A stretch of 62,086 bases of DNA, counting the filler. It is 14 parts of 14 records of this genome, joined end to end, with 100 filler letters (N's around TTAATTAATTAA, not from the genome) between each part and the next. Parts side by side here need not be neighbours in the genome. Positions count along the whole stretch, not along the records: positions 48,045 to 53,019 come from SRR7504441_22042; positions 53,120 to 57,941 come from SRR7504441_22173; positions 58,042 to 62,086 come from SRR7504441_22180; 11 more parts are not named here. The stretch is one strand, 5' to 3'. The notes under the pieces are model-generated. The model made no database searches, was not told where the DNA came from, and saw nothing but the letters and a program-made list of their open reading frames with translations. Shown here one piece after another: positions 48,045 to 58,240 of the stretch. Numbering within the stretch: the first letter of the stretch is position 1; every line of letters starts with the position of its first letter. The position numbers and the translations under genes were made by a program.

Positions 48045-48770
48045 GGAGCTTTCCGCGGGAACGCCGAGTGGGCGGCGCGCAACCTGACCGCCGAGACTGT
48101 AGACGCCGATACCAATGATTTGGGACAAACAAGATTGATCGAGGCAGCATCTCGAAGCAAGCTGACCTTGGTGGAGACCTTGCTGGCGAAGAAGGCGGAT
48201 GTGGACGCGCGTGATGTCACCAAGCAGACTGCCCTTTATTGCGCCCAGTACGCAAAGGCAGATGGAGCATCCGAGAGATCTCGCGGTCCTGACGTAGAAA
48301 TCACACGGTTGCTTCTGGATGCGCGAGCGGATCCGGATGCGCGTGAGAAGAACGGCTGCACCAGCGTGTACTCCGCCGTCAGCTTGATCGGTCAACAATT
48401 CACGACCTCGGGCCCAGGCGCCCAGTACGAAAGGAGGAAGCGTGCTGTTGAGATGCTGATCGACGCAAAGGCCGACGTGAACATCGGCAAGAAGGACCAA
48501 ATTGGCAACACGCCACTCATCAATGCGGTCGGCATGGCCAACGCTGCAGGAGTATCCCTCTTGCTGGCAGCAGGAGCTGACGTGAATCTGAAGAATTCTG
48601 ATGGCCTCATGGCAATGGATATGGCCAAGGGGTGCGCCCACAGGTACGGGGACCCGCGGTTCAAATACAAATTTATGGCGGGCTACTTGGCGGAAATCCG
48701 GGCGGAACTCGCAGACAAGGGCGCCCAGAGCCCCACATACGACAAGTACGGAAGCAATTATGATTGGTAA
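48045..48770 (+). CDS. Ankyrin repeat protein (5' partial)
   Basis: LLAKKADVDARD; LLLDARADPDAREKNG; GNTPL; LLLAAGADVNLKNSDG. Confidence 0.9.
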   Translation, partial: GAFRGNAEWAARNLTAETVDADTNDLGQTRLIEAASRSKLTLVETLLAKKADVDARDVTKQTALYCAQYAKADGASERSRGPDVEITRLLLDARADPDAREKNGCTSVYSAVSLIGQQFTTSGPGAQYERRKRAVEMLIDAKADVNIGKKDQIGNTPLINAVGMANAAGVSLLLAAGADVNLKNSDGLMAMDMAKGCAHRYGDPRFKYKFMAGYLAEIRAELADKGAQSPTYDKYGSNYDW

Positions 48771-48900
48771 GCATAGAATTCATGAGACCGCCGGATCCAG
48801 ATTTATATATAATTGTCGTTTCATTACATAGTAATTAACCTGCACGCAATGATTCCTGCTGGACTCGATTAGACTCGTGTAAGAGCCGCTGGCATGGCGA

Positions 48901-49750
48901 TTAATCTGGCTCGCCGCGCAACCTTTTGTCCAGCTCTGTCCGGTTCATCTTTTGCCGCTCCGACAGCCTCTGCATGTGTTCCGGCCATTCTGACTGCCGT
49001 TCGCTTACAGCACTGCCCCCCCAATCAGCTGGTTCGGCCCAGTCGCGCTGCCTTGAACGGTTATCCCACGGCCGGCGGTAGTCTGGTCCGTAAAGCTCAC
49101 TGACCAGCCCCATCGCATCCTGCAGCAAGCCATCAGAACACCCGGCTAGCCCAGCCACTCTGACGCTGGACGCGGCCGCGGTCTGCTCAGGGAAGCACAT
49201 ATGACCGTACCCAGAGGCCCCGTAGAATTCGAGGTCGCGATCGGCCGCTTGCCGCTCGGACGATTCGACCCTGCCGCCCGCTCCAGCCCAGCCGACGGCC
49301 GGCTTACCGGAGCCGCTCATTGACTTGGCGGGTGAGGTCGAGCGCCTTGTCTCGCTGCTCCGGGCACACAAGGTGCGGCTCGGTGGTGGTCAGCCGGTCC
49401 ACTTGTGTCATAGGCACCGGGTTTGGGCGGCGCTCTGAGGCCCAGCGCGCGCGCATCTCATCCGCCTTGATTCGGCGCAGCTGGGCAGAATGTCGGGCGA
49501 CTGGGTCCGCAATGAACGGGTCAGGGCTACTGACGGGGCTTGAGTAGGCGGTGGCCATATGCCCGAGCTGGTGGGCCTCACCTGAAATCTGGTACGACTT
49601 GGCCTCGTACTTTGGGGCCGGTGGCCGGCGGTGGTGCAAGTCTCCTCGGGCAAGGTCGAGCGGCTCGGCGTGGGGCGCGTACTTTGCCGGTGGCGGCGGC
49701 ACCCTTGGGCCCGGGAAGTACGCCCGGCCCAGCTCACTTGTCCACGCCAT
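48901..49750 (-). CDS. Hypothetical protein (multi-exon)
   Basis: Two consecutive minus-strand ORFs that can be joined by short introns. Start MAWTSELGRAYFP. Confidence 0.5.
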
Positions 49751-49824
49751 CCCAGCGATGCGAGGACTGTCGGTACAACGGCCGGCCGGAGCACCGGCGT
49801 TGGGACGGGTACACAGCGTTTGCC

Positions 49825-50454
49825 ATGGCGGTGCCGACAAGCAAGTCGATGGAGGTCTTGTGCGATGCCGCGCGGGGCGTGAAGAAGAACTTCAGCCTCG
49901 TGCACCTCTCCGTGAACGGCACGGATGACCAAGACATCGACCAGGATCAGATGGACAGCGTGTGCGCAGCAGCCGAGCTGGCCGCAGCACGAGCCGGACA
50001 GGCTGTGCAGGAGATGGACGCAAAGGCCTTGCAGCTTTCTTGCAGCGTGGAGACGTCGGGAGACTACGGCTGTATTGAGTTCGTTGCGGCAGACCCTCCA
50101 TCTGCATGCACGATCAAGTTCAGCATCTATGGCGGGGCGGGCGACATCGGCAATTTTGGTGAGCGGGTGCCAGGCGAGAGCGAGTTCTGGGAGTCGGTGC
50201 AGGCCTGCTGTACTGCAGATGACGCGTTGCCACAAGATGCGGCCGCCTGGGCTGCCGAGGTGGCACAAATGGGCATGGTTGTTGACACGACCAGTGAGTA
50301 TGTGCTGAGTCATCTTCACGACGAGGACGGACCCAACGACCAAGAGCGCGCGCTCTTCGAGTTTCCCAACGTGTTTCGCGCGGTCCTGCTGGAGGTGGTG
50401 GCCAGAGAGATACGCCAGACAGTAGCGGTGCCCGTGGCAGTGACGCCGGCATAG
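49825..50454 (+). CDS. Acidic hypothetical protein
   Basis: ORF from MAVPTSKSMEVLC with protein-like composition. Confidence 0.6.
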   Translation: MAVPTSKSMEVLCDAARGVKKNFSLVHLSVNGTDDQDIDQDQMDSVCAAAELAAARAGQAVQEMDAKALQLSCSVETSGDYGCIEFVAADPPSACTIKFSIYGGAGDIGNFGERVPGESEFWESVQACCTADDALPQDAAAWAAEVAQMGMVVDTTSEYVLSHLHDEDGPNDQERALFEFPNVFRAVLLEVVAREIRQTVAVPVAVTPA

Positions 50455-50830
50455 ATCTCTATATCGGAGATGGGAGTGCGTCGAGTGGTAGCGAGGCGTG
50501 GGGGGGAGAAGTCGTCGGAACTTTACTTTAAAGACAGCCGGGCAGTAAAGAAAGCCGGGCGGTGCTCAGCATTAATTAAGCTTACTGTGCACAGCTGGTA
50601 CGTACTACGCACGCCATCCCGGATGATGCGGCTGATTTCGCCGTTGCTGATTAGCCAAAGTGCAGGGCTGATGACGCGGTCATCGAGAGCCAAAACCCGT
50701 ACGTGAGGCCGCACGGCTGTGTGCACATGAATTGTGCATGCGACTGTTGGACTTTATACGTATTAACATTACACCCGTCGCAACGGCGTGTTGTATTCGC
50801 CGATGATTTCTATATATATCCTCGGTCTCC

Positions 50831-51744
50831 TCACTGAGCGAGGAACCAGCCGCCGCGGGCCCTCACCTCCTCCCGGTGCTTGCGCTCAAGCTCGCGTATC
50901 CAGTTGGCTCCCGTCTCTATCCTCTCTCGCTTTTGGTTCATTCGATCCACCTTCCGCTGCAGCCGGCGCTCCCTCGCCTCCATCAGCTCCGCGCTCACAT
51001 ACCTGCCCCCAGGCTGATGCCCTCCGCCGCCGGCCGAGCTCACCGCTTGACGTTTAGCTCCCTCTCCTGGGCATACAGCGGGTCACCGACAGTGAACATG
51101 AAATCGTCGCTAGCACTCCACGGCTTGACCCACATGTACGGCTCAAGCCTGTGCGGCGGCGGGGGCGGCGGGCACTCGGGCCGGCTGGCTTCCTCCCACT
51201 CCACTTGTTGGTTCAACGCCATCAGCTCCGGGCTCATGGGATTTGGATCCGATGGCTCCAGGCCCAGCCGTTCCAGGCAGCCCAGCAGGCCCTCGCGCGA
51301 GTCCACTGCGTCCACCATCTGCCTCGACAGCCCTGCCCGCCGTCCGCCCGCCCCCGGGAGGCTCCAGCGCGTCACCCTGGCTGAGCAAAAAGTTGCGTAG
51401 ACTCTCGTCGTTCAACTCAAACGGATCTATGCCCAGCATCCCCCGCTCGCGCACCTGCCCCCCGAGTGGGCCGGCGGCCGCAGGTGCTGGCACACCCCGC
51501 GCAGCTGCTCGGCCAGCACCGCCAGCTCGGCCTGGACGCACTCGGGCAGCCGGACGGTCGGTGTTGGGTCGGGCGGGGTCGGGTCTATGGCCCGCCGGGC
51601 AATCTGGCGCCGGGCAAGCTCCCGCACGTCGCGCAGCTGCCGGTCGAAGCCGCTGGGCCCCTGCGGGAACAGCGAGCGCGAGGCGTACTCCTCGTTCAGC
51701 CGCCGGGCGGCCTTCAGTTCGCGATCTAATCCGCTCAACGCCAT
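50831..51744 (-). CDS. Hypothetical protein (multi-exon)
   Basis: Chain of minus-strand exons from MALSGLDRELKAARRLNEEY to RARGGWFLAQ*. Confidence 0.5.
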
Positions 51745-51811
51745 GCCAGCTACAACGGTCAAGTCAACGGTCGGCTCACCGCGGCTGCACGGTCGCTGCT
51801 GAGCAGTGCGC

Positions 51812-52519
51812 ATGCTCGGGCGCTTGCCGCAAGAGGTGCTGGCCCGGGCGCTCAGCCAGCTACCAGCCTGCCAGCTCGGCTGCGCGGCGTGCACGTGCCC
51901 GGCGTGGCGCGCCGCGGCGGCCAGCGGCCCCTGGGCCGTTGTGCTCCGAGCGCTCTGGAGAGACAAGAGCTTTGTGCCGGCCGCTGCTCTAGCGCTCCGG
52001 TCCCAGGGCCGTTGGGCGGCGGCGTACCGATTGTCCGTGGAAGATGCCCCGCGCAGGGCCATTAGCGCAGGCGAGCTGTGTGAGCTCGAGTGGAGCTTTC
52101 GGTTCAAGAAATCGGCCGGCAGTCACTGGACCGGCCAAGACCCCTGGTGGCAGGGGCAGCCGGCTCGGCGAGTCACATTCGCGCCGGGCGGGGAGATCCG
52201 TTGGCAGGGAGGCGACTACCGAGGGGCTGAGGGCCAGATGCGCTGGAGCTTGGAGCCGGGTCGGGCTGGAGCGAGTATAGTGCGGTTGCAGCACAGTGCG
52301 CTGGGCCGGTTTCCGGACCACTGGGTGCACAGGACAGCACGATGGGGCTGGCTGCTCAACTCGCCGTGGGTCGTTTACTCCTCGGACCCGCTCCGTCGAT
52401 CGACTGATCCGAAAGCGCTGATGGACACTGCTCTAAATAAGTTGTTGCGAGCCTGGCAATGGTTTCAAGCCGCCACATATAATGAAGGGCTAGAAGGCTC
52501 CGACTCCGATACCGATTGA
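51812..52519 (+). CDS. F-box-like protein
   Basis: LGRLPQEVLARALSQLPACQLGCAACTCPAWR..A...PW is an F-box consensus. Confidence 0.75.
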   Translation: MLGRLPQEVLARALSQLPACQLGCAACTCPAWRAAAASGPWAVVLRALWRDKSFVPAAALALRSQGRWAAAYRLSVEDAPRRAISAGELCELEWSFRFKKSAGSHWTGQDPWWQGQPARRVTFAPGGEIRWQGGDYRGAEGQMRWSLEPGRAGASIVRLQHSALGRFPDHWVHRTARWGWLLNSPWVVYSSDPLRRSTDPKALMDTALNKLLRAWQWFQAATYNEGLEGSDSDTD

Positions 52520-53119
52520 CAAGGAACGGTGCCAAGCCTACCTGCCTCATATTTTTGTGCACGTCGGTATGATTGTGTACACGTGTGTTTAAACCATTGT
52601 ATTCTAAGTTTGCGTAATTAATCATTGCGCATTATAGGAAGGGGGCTATATGTCCAAATGTAAGCAATACGCTATCAAGGGTAGGTGCACGGGTCCAGCA
52701 TTGATTTGTGGCCAAGCGGCCCAGGTGTCGCGGCCACGCGTCTCTGACGTCGGTTAGACTCTATTTCGTTGCGCTGCTTGCATGGCAATGGACTGCTCTG
52801 TGTAGGCAGCACGCTCAAGCACTCTGGAGGCGCCTGAGCCGGCCCAATCGGCCGATGCGCCCAGCGCAGTCGATAAGGCTGACGCTGGGGCGGGGGAGAG
52901 CTCGGAGCGCGACCTGATGGTCCAACGGGCCGCGGAGAGCGCCCAGGCAGATCGCGAGCGCAAACTGGCGGGCGAGGAGGCCGAGGCCAAGGCCAAGGCG
53001 GCGGAGGCGGCGGCCGAGCNNNNNNNNNNNNNNNNNNNNNNNNNNNNNNNNNNNNNNNNNNNNTTAATTAATTAANNNNNNNNNNNNNNNNNNNNNNNNN
53101 NNNNNNNNNNNNNNNNNNN

Positions 53120-53218
53120 CAAAATGATCAAAATGATCAAAACGAGAATCACGGAATCACATCACGTGATTTTTTGATAGTGCTGAAAATGATGAAAACA
53201 ATCAAAATGATGGAAACA
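53120..53218. repeat. Degenerate CAAAATGAT short repeats at a contig end
   Basis: caaaatgatcaaaatgatcaaaa...gaaaatgatgaaaacaatcaaaatgat. Confidence 0.5.
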
Positions 53219-53671
53219 TGCACAACAGGCACAACATCAGGGACTCATTCCATGCGCTTTAGTCACAAAATGAGTTATCCACCTAAGCTCCTAGGCGCGA
53301 TACGCGGGGATCTTACGGGGATCTAGCCGACCGGGAACCGAGCGGCTAACACCACCTGTGTCACCATTCACGAATGGAATCTGGTTTATTTATAGGCAGA
53401 ACTCATCAGGATCATACGCGAGATACAGCACTGGCACTACAAGTCATATAGTTTTCGAACCGTAGAAGCGGGCCCCGTTCACACAGTTGCGAACCGTGAT
53501 TTTCTCTTTACATGTAATTAATAACGAGCAAAATCAAGCGCAACAAGCTACTGTATGTATAGGCTGAATGTACGGCTTGACATTAGCGCTATCATCATCA
53601 TGTCCGGGTGCGAAATAACAAAGTGCTGCAAGTGCACAGGGTCAGTAATGTATGAGCCGATTGGCTGCGCT

Positions 53672-56343
53672 TTACCGGTCACTTGGTCCGTCGAGATCCG
53701 GTTGACCAATTGCATCGTACCTGCCGAGCTTGGTTCTGTACTCATCCAGCTGCGCTTCCAGCTGCTGGATCTTCTTAGCTTGCACGTCCACCCTGTCGTT
53801 CGCAGTCCTGGCTAGGATAGACTGTTTCTCGTTCTGGGCCTTGTACTGGTTGCACAGGTCCTCCAGGTTGTTCCGGAGCGTCAGCTCGCGCTGGTGCCGC
53901 TCTCCCAGCACCTGCACCTTGCTGGTCGCATCATCCAGCTCGTTCTGCTGCTCAATGTCGCGCAGCTTCTCCCGGACCTCGAGCTCCTGCTTGTCCGAGA
54001 TCGCATCAGCCAGCTTGGCATCCAGATCCTCAGAAAGTCGCTTGAGCTCATCTGATCTAGTCTTGAGCCCGGTGTTCTCGCTGATCAGGCTCGAGGCCCT
54101 CAGCTCGGCCTGCTCCCGCTGCTGTCTGGCCAGCAGCTGCTCTTGCTCGAGATCTTGGTTTAGCTTCATCTCAGCCGCCTGCTTCTGGGCCCGGATCAGG
54201 CTCAGCTGCTGCTCCATCTCGTCCAGCTCGCGGTGGAGCGCGCTCTTCTCCTTGTCTAGCTGCTGCCTGAGCTCAACCAGCTGCTTGTTGGCCAGTGCCA
54301 GCTGGGCGGACAGGTCTTGATTCTGGTTGTCGGCGTTGTCGAGCGCGCCCTGCAGCGTCTTGCACTGGGCTGAGAGCGCGCCGACGTCAGGCTTTGGCTT
54401 GTTCCTTGCAATTTCTCTCCAGTCGGCAAAGAACAGGTACCGCTGGCCAGATTGCCAGGTACGGAACAGCCTTGTGAGCTTGTCGCCGAACGCCTTGTGG
54501 ATCTTACAGAGCAGCCGGTCCATCAGCTCCTCCATCATCCGTTCATATTCCTTCTGGGCCCGTGAGTAGCCCGCCGCGTCCGCCAGAGGGATCTCGGCCT
54601 CCGCCTTGCGCAGCCGATCCTTCCACATCGAGACCTCGGACTGCGTTATGGACAGCTCCTGCTCCAGCTTCTGCAAACCAGCAGCTCAGCGCCCGGGCGT
54701 TGAAATGATGGTCACCGCGAGAGCTCTGTCTTTGTCTACAAGCGAAGCCTTGAGCGCGTTCAGCTCGGTGAGCGAGGCGTCGAGGTCGCCCTTGAGCTCA
54801 CCTGAGGTGGTCTGACCCTTGGCGATCGCCCGATTGAGCTTCTGCTGGTTGGCCCACTTTCGCCAGTCCTGGAAGAAGAAGACGCAAGAGCCAAACTTCC
54901 ATGCTCGCAGCATCCTGTCGCAGGTGCCAAAAAAAGCGCCCTGCCGCGTGGCCAGGAACTTTTCCATTAGCAAGTCCAGCCGGCGCATGTAGCTGCCCCC
55001 ATTCTGTCGCCCGGCCGGCTGCCGGCTTCACCGGTCTTTCTCGTCCACTGCGGCCTGCAGCTCTGAGTTGAGCCGGTCTAGCTGCGTTGCATGCCGAGTG
55101 TTCGTCGAATTGCGAGTGAAATCGCACCAGGTGCGGGTGCCACGCCAGAGCCGGATCTTCCGTAGCTTTGAGGCCCCGAGGTACGAGCGCTGCTGGATGT
55201 CCTTGGCAGTCTTGACGATCATCTGCACCGGCTCATGCTGCCCTGCTGCCAAAAGCAACCTTCCAATCGTAGAAAACCAGGTGCTGGATCTTGCCTGTCC
55301 AGGCTGAGACGATGTACCTGCCGCCGCTCGGCGCTCGGCACTGGGCAGGGCGCACTGCAGCCGCTTGAGAGCGAGTGCCCTCTGCTCTGCACTCATGCTG
55401 GCAAGCAGCCGGGCCAGGGCCTGCTCTTGGCGGGTCTCGGCCATGCACGCGGTCCACTGGGCCCACACCTGTCCCGCGTTCAGCCAGCCCAGCCCGTGTG
55501 GTCACCCCAAACTTCTGGCGGTTCGTCCACCGCCTGAAGATCATGTGCAACATCTCCAGCCCGCCGCGGAAGCTACCCGGAGGTCGGCTGGGCCTGAGGC
55601 AGGCGTACCGGAGCATCTTCAGCTGCATTTCGCTCAGCTCGAGCTCGCGGTCCAGTTTGCTCCCTTCGACAGACCGCGACCACAGCCTGACCGGCACACT
55701 CAGCCTGCACGTTTGTGCCCCACGCACCGGAAGGCCCCAGCCGACCGGTCCCGGGCCCAGGTGGCCACCTGTCCTGCGCTGGCTAATGCGCCCGCTGCGT
55801 CGCACCTGGGTGCCGAACTGGGCCAGCTGGGCCTTGACCGCAGAGAGGGCGAGCAGCCGGCCGGCCTCGGTGTCGTCCAGGTTGCGTTCCAGCCGCCACT
55901 CGAGGTCGGCGTTGCGCAGCCGCTCGCTCTCGAGTGCCGCCTCTGCGATCTCGAGCTGCTTGGTGCTCGCCATCAGCTTGGCCGACACCTCGGTCTGCCC
56001 GACGGATCGGCCCGGCCGCCAGTCGCCGCACCATGTCAGTCTTGTACTTGAGCTCGAGCGCAGCGTAGCGCACCCGGGCGGCCTCGGCGCTCTGTCAGCC
56101 GGTGGGCTGGGCGGAGGCAGGGCGTGGGCACCCGGAGGTGGCCCTCGTGCAGGGTGGTCTTCTGGACCTCGTTCATGACCAGCGCCTGCCACAGGTTGGG
56201 AGAGGGTCCGGTCGGCCGGGCACCTCCTCCAGCTGAGATTCGAGCTCCGCGATGCGCACCTTGGCCCCATCCAGCTCCTCCTGGAGCGACTTGGTCTCCT
56301 GCAGCCGCTCCGCCCGCTCGACGGCTTCAGCGCTGGGAGGCAT
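53672..56343 (-). CDS. Long coiled-coil protein with recurring FxxW motifs (multi-exon)
   Basis: Heptad-rich ORFs; IFRRW, VFYDWK, FFQDWRKW, LFRTW and FFADWRE. Confidence 0.65.
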
Positions 56344-56670
56344 CGAGCAACAGTCTCTTCCGTTATCAATCCACCGTACGGTACCGGTACACTGTAGATG
56401 TACCGTACTTGAATACTGTGGATAAAAATATTATTGTACGTACCGTAGCCGATCCAGTGGTAGATCTAATAACAACATCGAACAACAGACGGAGAAAGCT
56501 CTTCAACCAAGAGCTCCTTCGCCTGCCCAGCGCCACACGTCCTCTAGTTTGATCTCCCCGTAGATCAGAAGCCACTTGGACGCAATGCAGTCTCCCCAAA
56601 CAGCACTGCGCGTGTCGCGGCTAGTTGTTGCAGATGAGCGGCGATCAAGTAAGTTAGATCGCGGCACTCA

Positions 56671-57941
56671 TCAGCAACTGGCATGTGATGTACAGCCTGT
56701 GTTGCAGTCACAGCTGCACATCATCTCGGTCCCTAGTGCAGGCGCCCGGACCTCGATGTCGTCCATGCAGAACTCAGCCCGGCAAGTCGGACAACGTGCA
56801 AAGGACTTGAGCTCGCCCTTGGTGTCATGCCAGTAGTGCTGCAAGATGCATGAAACGCACCATCGAACATCCTTGCAGCGGCATGCTGGACCTTCGCAGG
56901 TAGATGAGCAATTGCGCGAGAGCACGCAGAGCCCGACCACCTGTCCGCACGAGACGCAAAGGTTGGACGGGCTCTGAGCCGCTTCCACACAGATCCCTCC
57001 AGCACACGCCTTTCGTGCCTTCTCTGCTAAAGCCTGCTTGCCCGCCTCGAGGAATCTAGCCTCTGAAGCCATGTCTTCACGGACGGCGGGCGATATTTCG
57101 TCCGGGTGGTAGGTCTCATCGAGCGAATCCCTGAGCGCTTCGGCCCCGCCCTGGTGCCACAGCTCCTTGGCCGCCTGGCTGTCACCCCTCATCCAGACCA
57201 AGAAGTTGAGCAAGTTCCGGAGCGCGAACCCACAGGACGGATCGATCTCGACCGCCTCCCTAAAATACTTGTCGGCTCGCTCGTAGTCCTTCATCACCTC
57301 GGCCAGGAACGCGGCGTAATTGTTCAAGTTGACAACGTTGTGCGGATCCGCCTCAATGGACCGCGAAAAGTAGACCTGACCAGCGATCAGCAAGAGGGCC
57401 ATGGCCGGGCTCGCGCCTCAGCCTCCTTGAATCTGCTCCGGACTGTGGCCAGGAACCGAGCATAGCCCCTGACAGCCAGGATCAGGCAGGAGCACCAGCA
57501 GTGGCCAGACCCCAAGTGGTTGGCGTGCATCGGTGCGATGTCCAGGCAGCGACGGAACAAGGTCTCAGCCTTATCGTAGTCCCGCTGCACCGAAGCCACG
57601 AACCCCGCATAGTAACCGAGCGTGTCCACGTGCTGCGCAACCGATCGAGGCCAGCTTGCTGCTGGGTTACCACTGGGTCGGCCTCGAGCGCCTTCTCGAA
57701 CAGTTGCCAGGCCAACGTGTACTCCTTCTTCATGTTGTAAAGGAACCGAGCCCGCTGGCACAGCGTCTGGGCCGAAGGGTATCGCATGGCCGCCTCCTTG
57801 AGCAGATCACCACCGTTGGTCAGGTCGCTGCAACCGCAAGGCTCAGCTCAGGCCGATCACAGCCACGAATAGCCGGGCGGGGCGGACTTGTCGACGATAA
57901 GCAGAAAAAACGCCAGATTCATGAGCCCATCAGAGCTCTCC
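56671..57941 (-). CDS. TPR-repeat protein with a C-terminal TMEM129-like C4C4 RING (probably 5' partial)
   Basis: TPRs such as LNNYAAFLAEVMKDYERADKYFREAVEIDP, followed by CVSC...C.C...WCVSC...CPTCRAEFCMDD. Confidence 0.75.
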
Positions 57942-58240
57942 NNNNNNNNNNNNNNNNNNNNNNNNNNNNNNNNNNNNNNNNNNNNTTAATTAATTAANNN
58001 NNNNNNNNNNNNNNNNNNNNNNNNNNNNNNNNNNNNNNNNNACTCTTGTAGAAATAAAGAACACGCTTAAATTTCGCTTGAGGTTAGCTTGAGGTTATGT
58101 GGGCCTTAGGACTCCGACTTTCAGAATCTAATAAATGTACTTATCCGCTTAAATTACGCTCAAATTTAATCGCACCCAATCGCCCAATCTGCCAACCGCA
58201 GTCGAATCTCACGCGGAGCCGTTGGATAATCCGAAGTAAA

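Noticed and set aside
52780-53019. Ala/Glu-rich plus-strand coding start at a contig end
   Set aside because: Likely coding, but the start and identity cannot be determined.
7680-58041. Regularly recurring TTAATTAATTAA palindrome flanked by Ns
   Set aside because: Artificial concatenation linker, not a biological repeat or CRISPR array.
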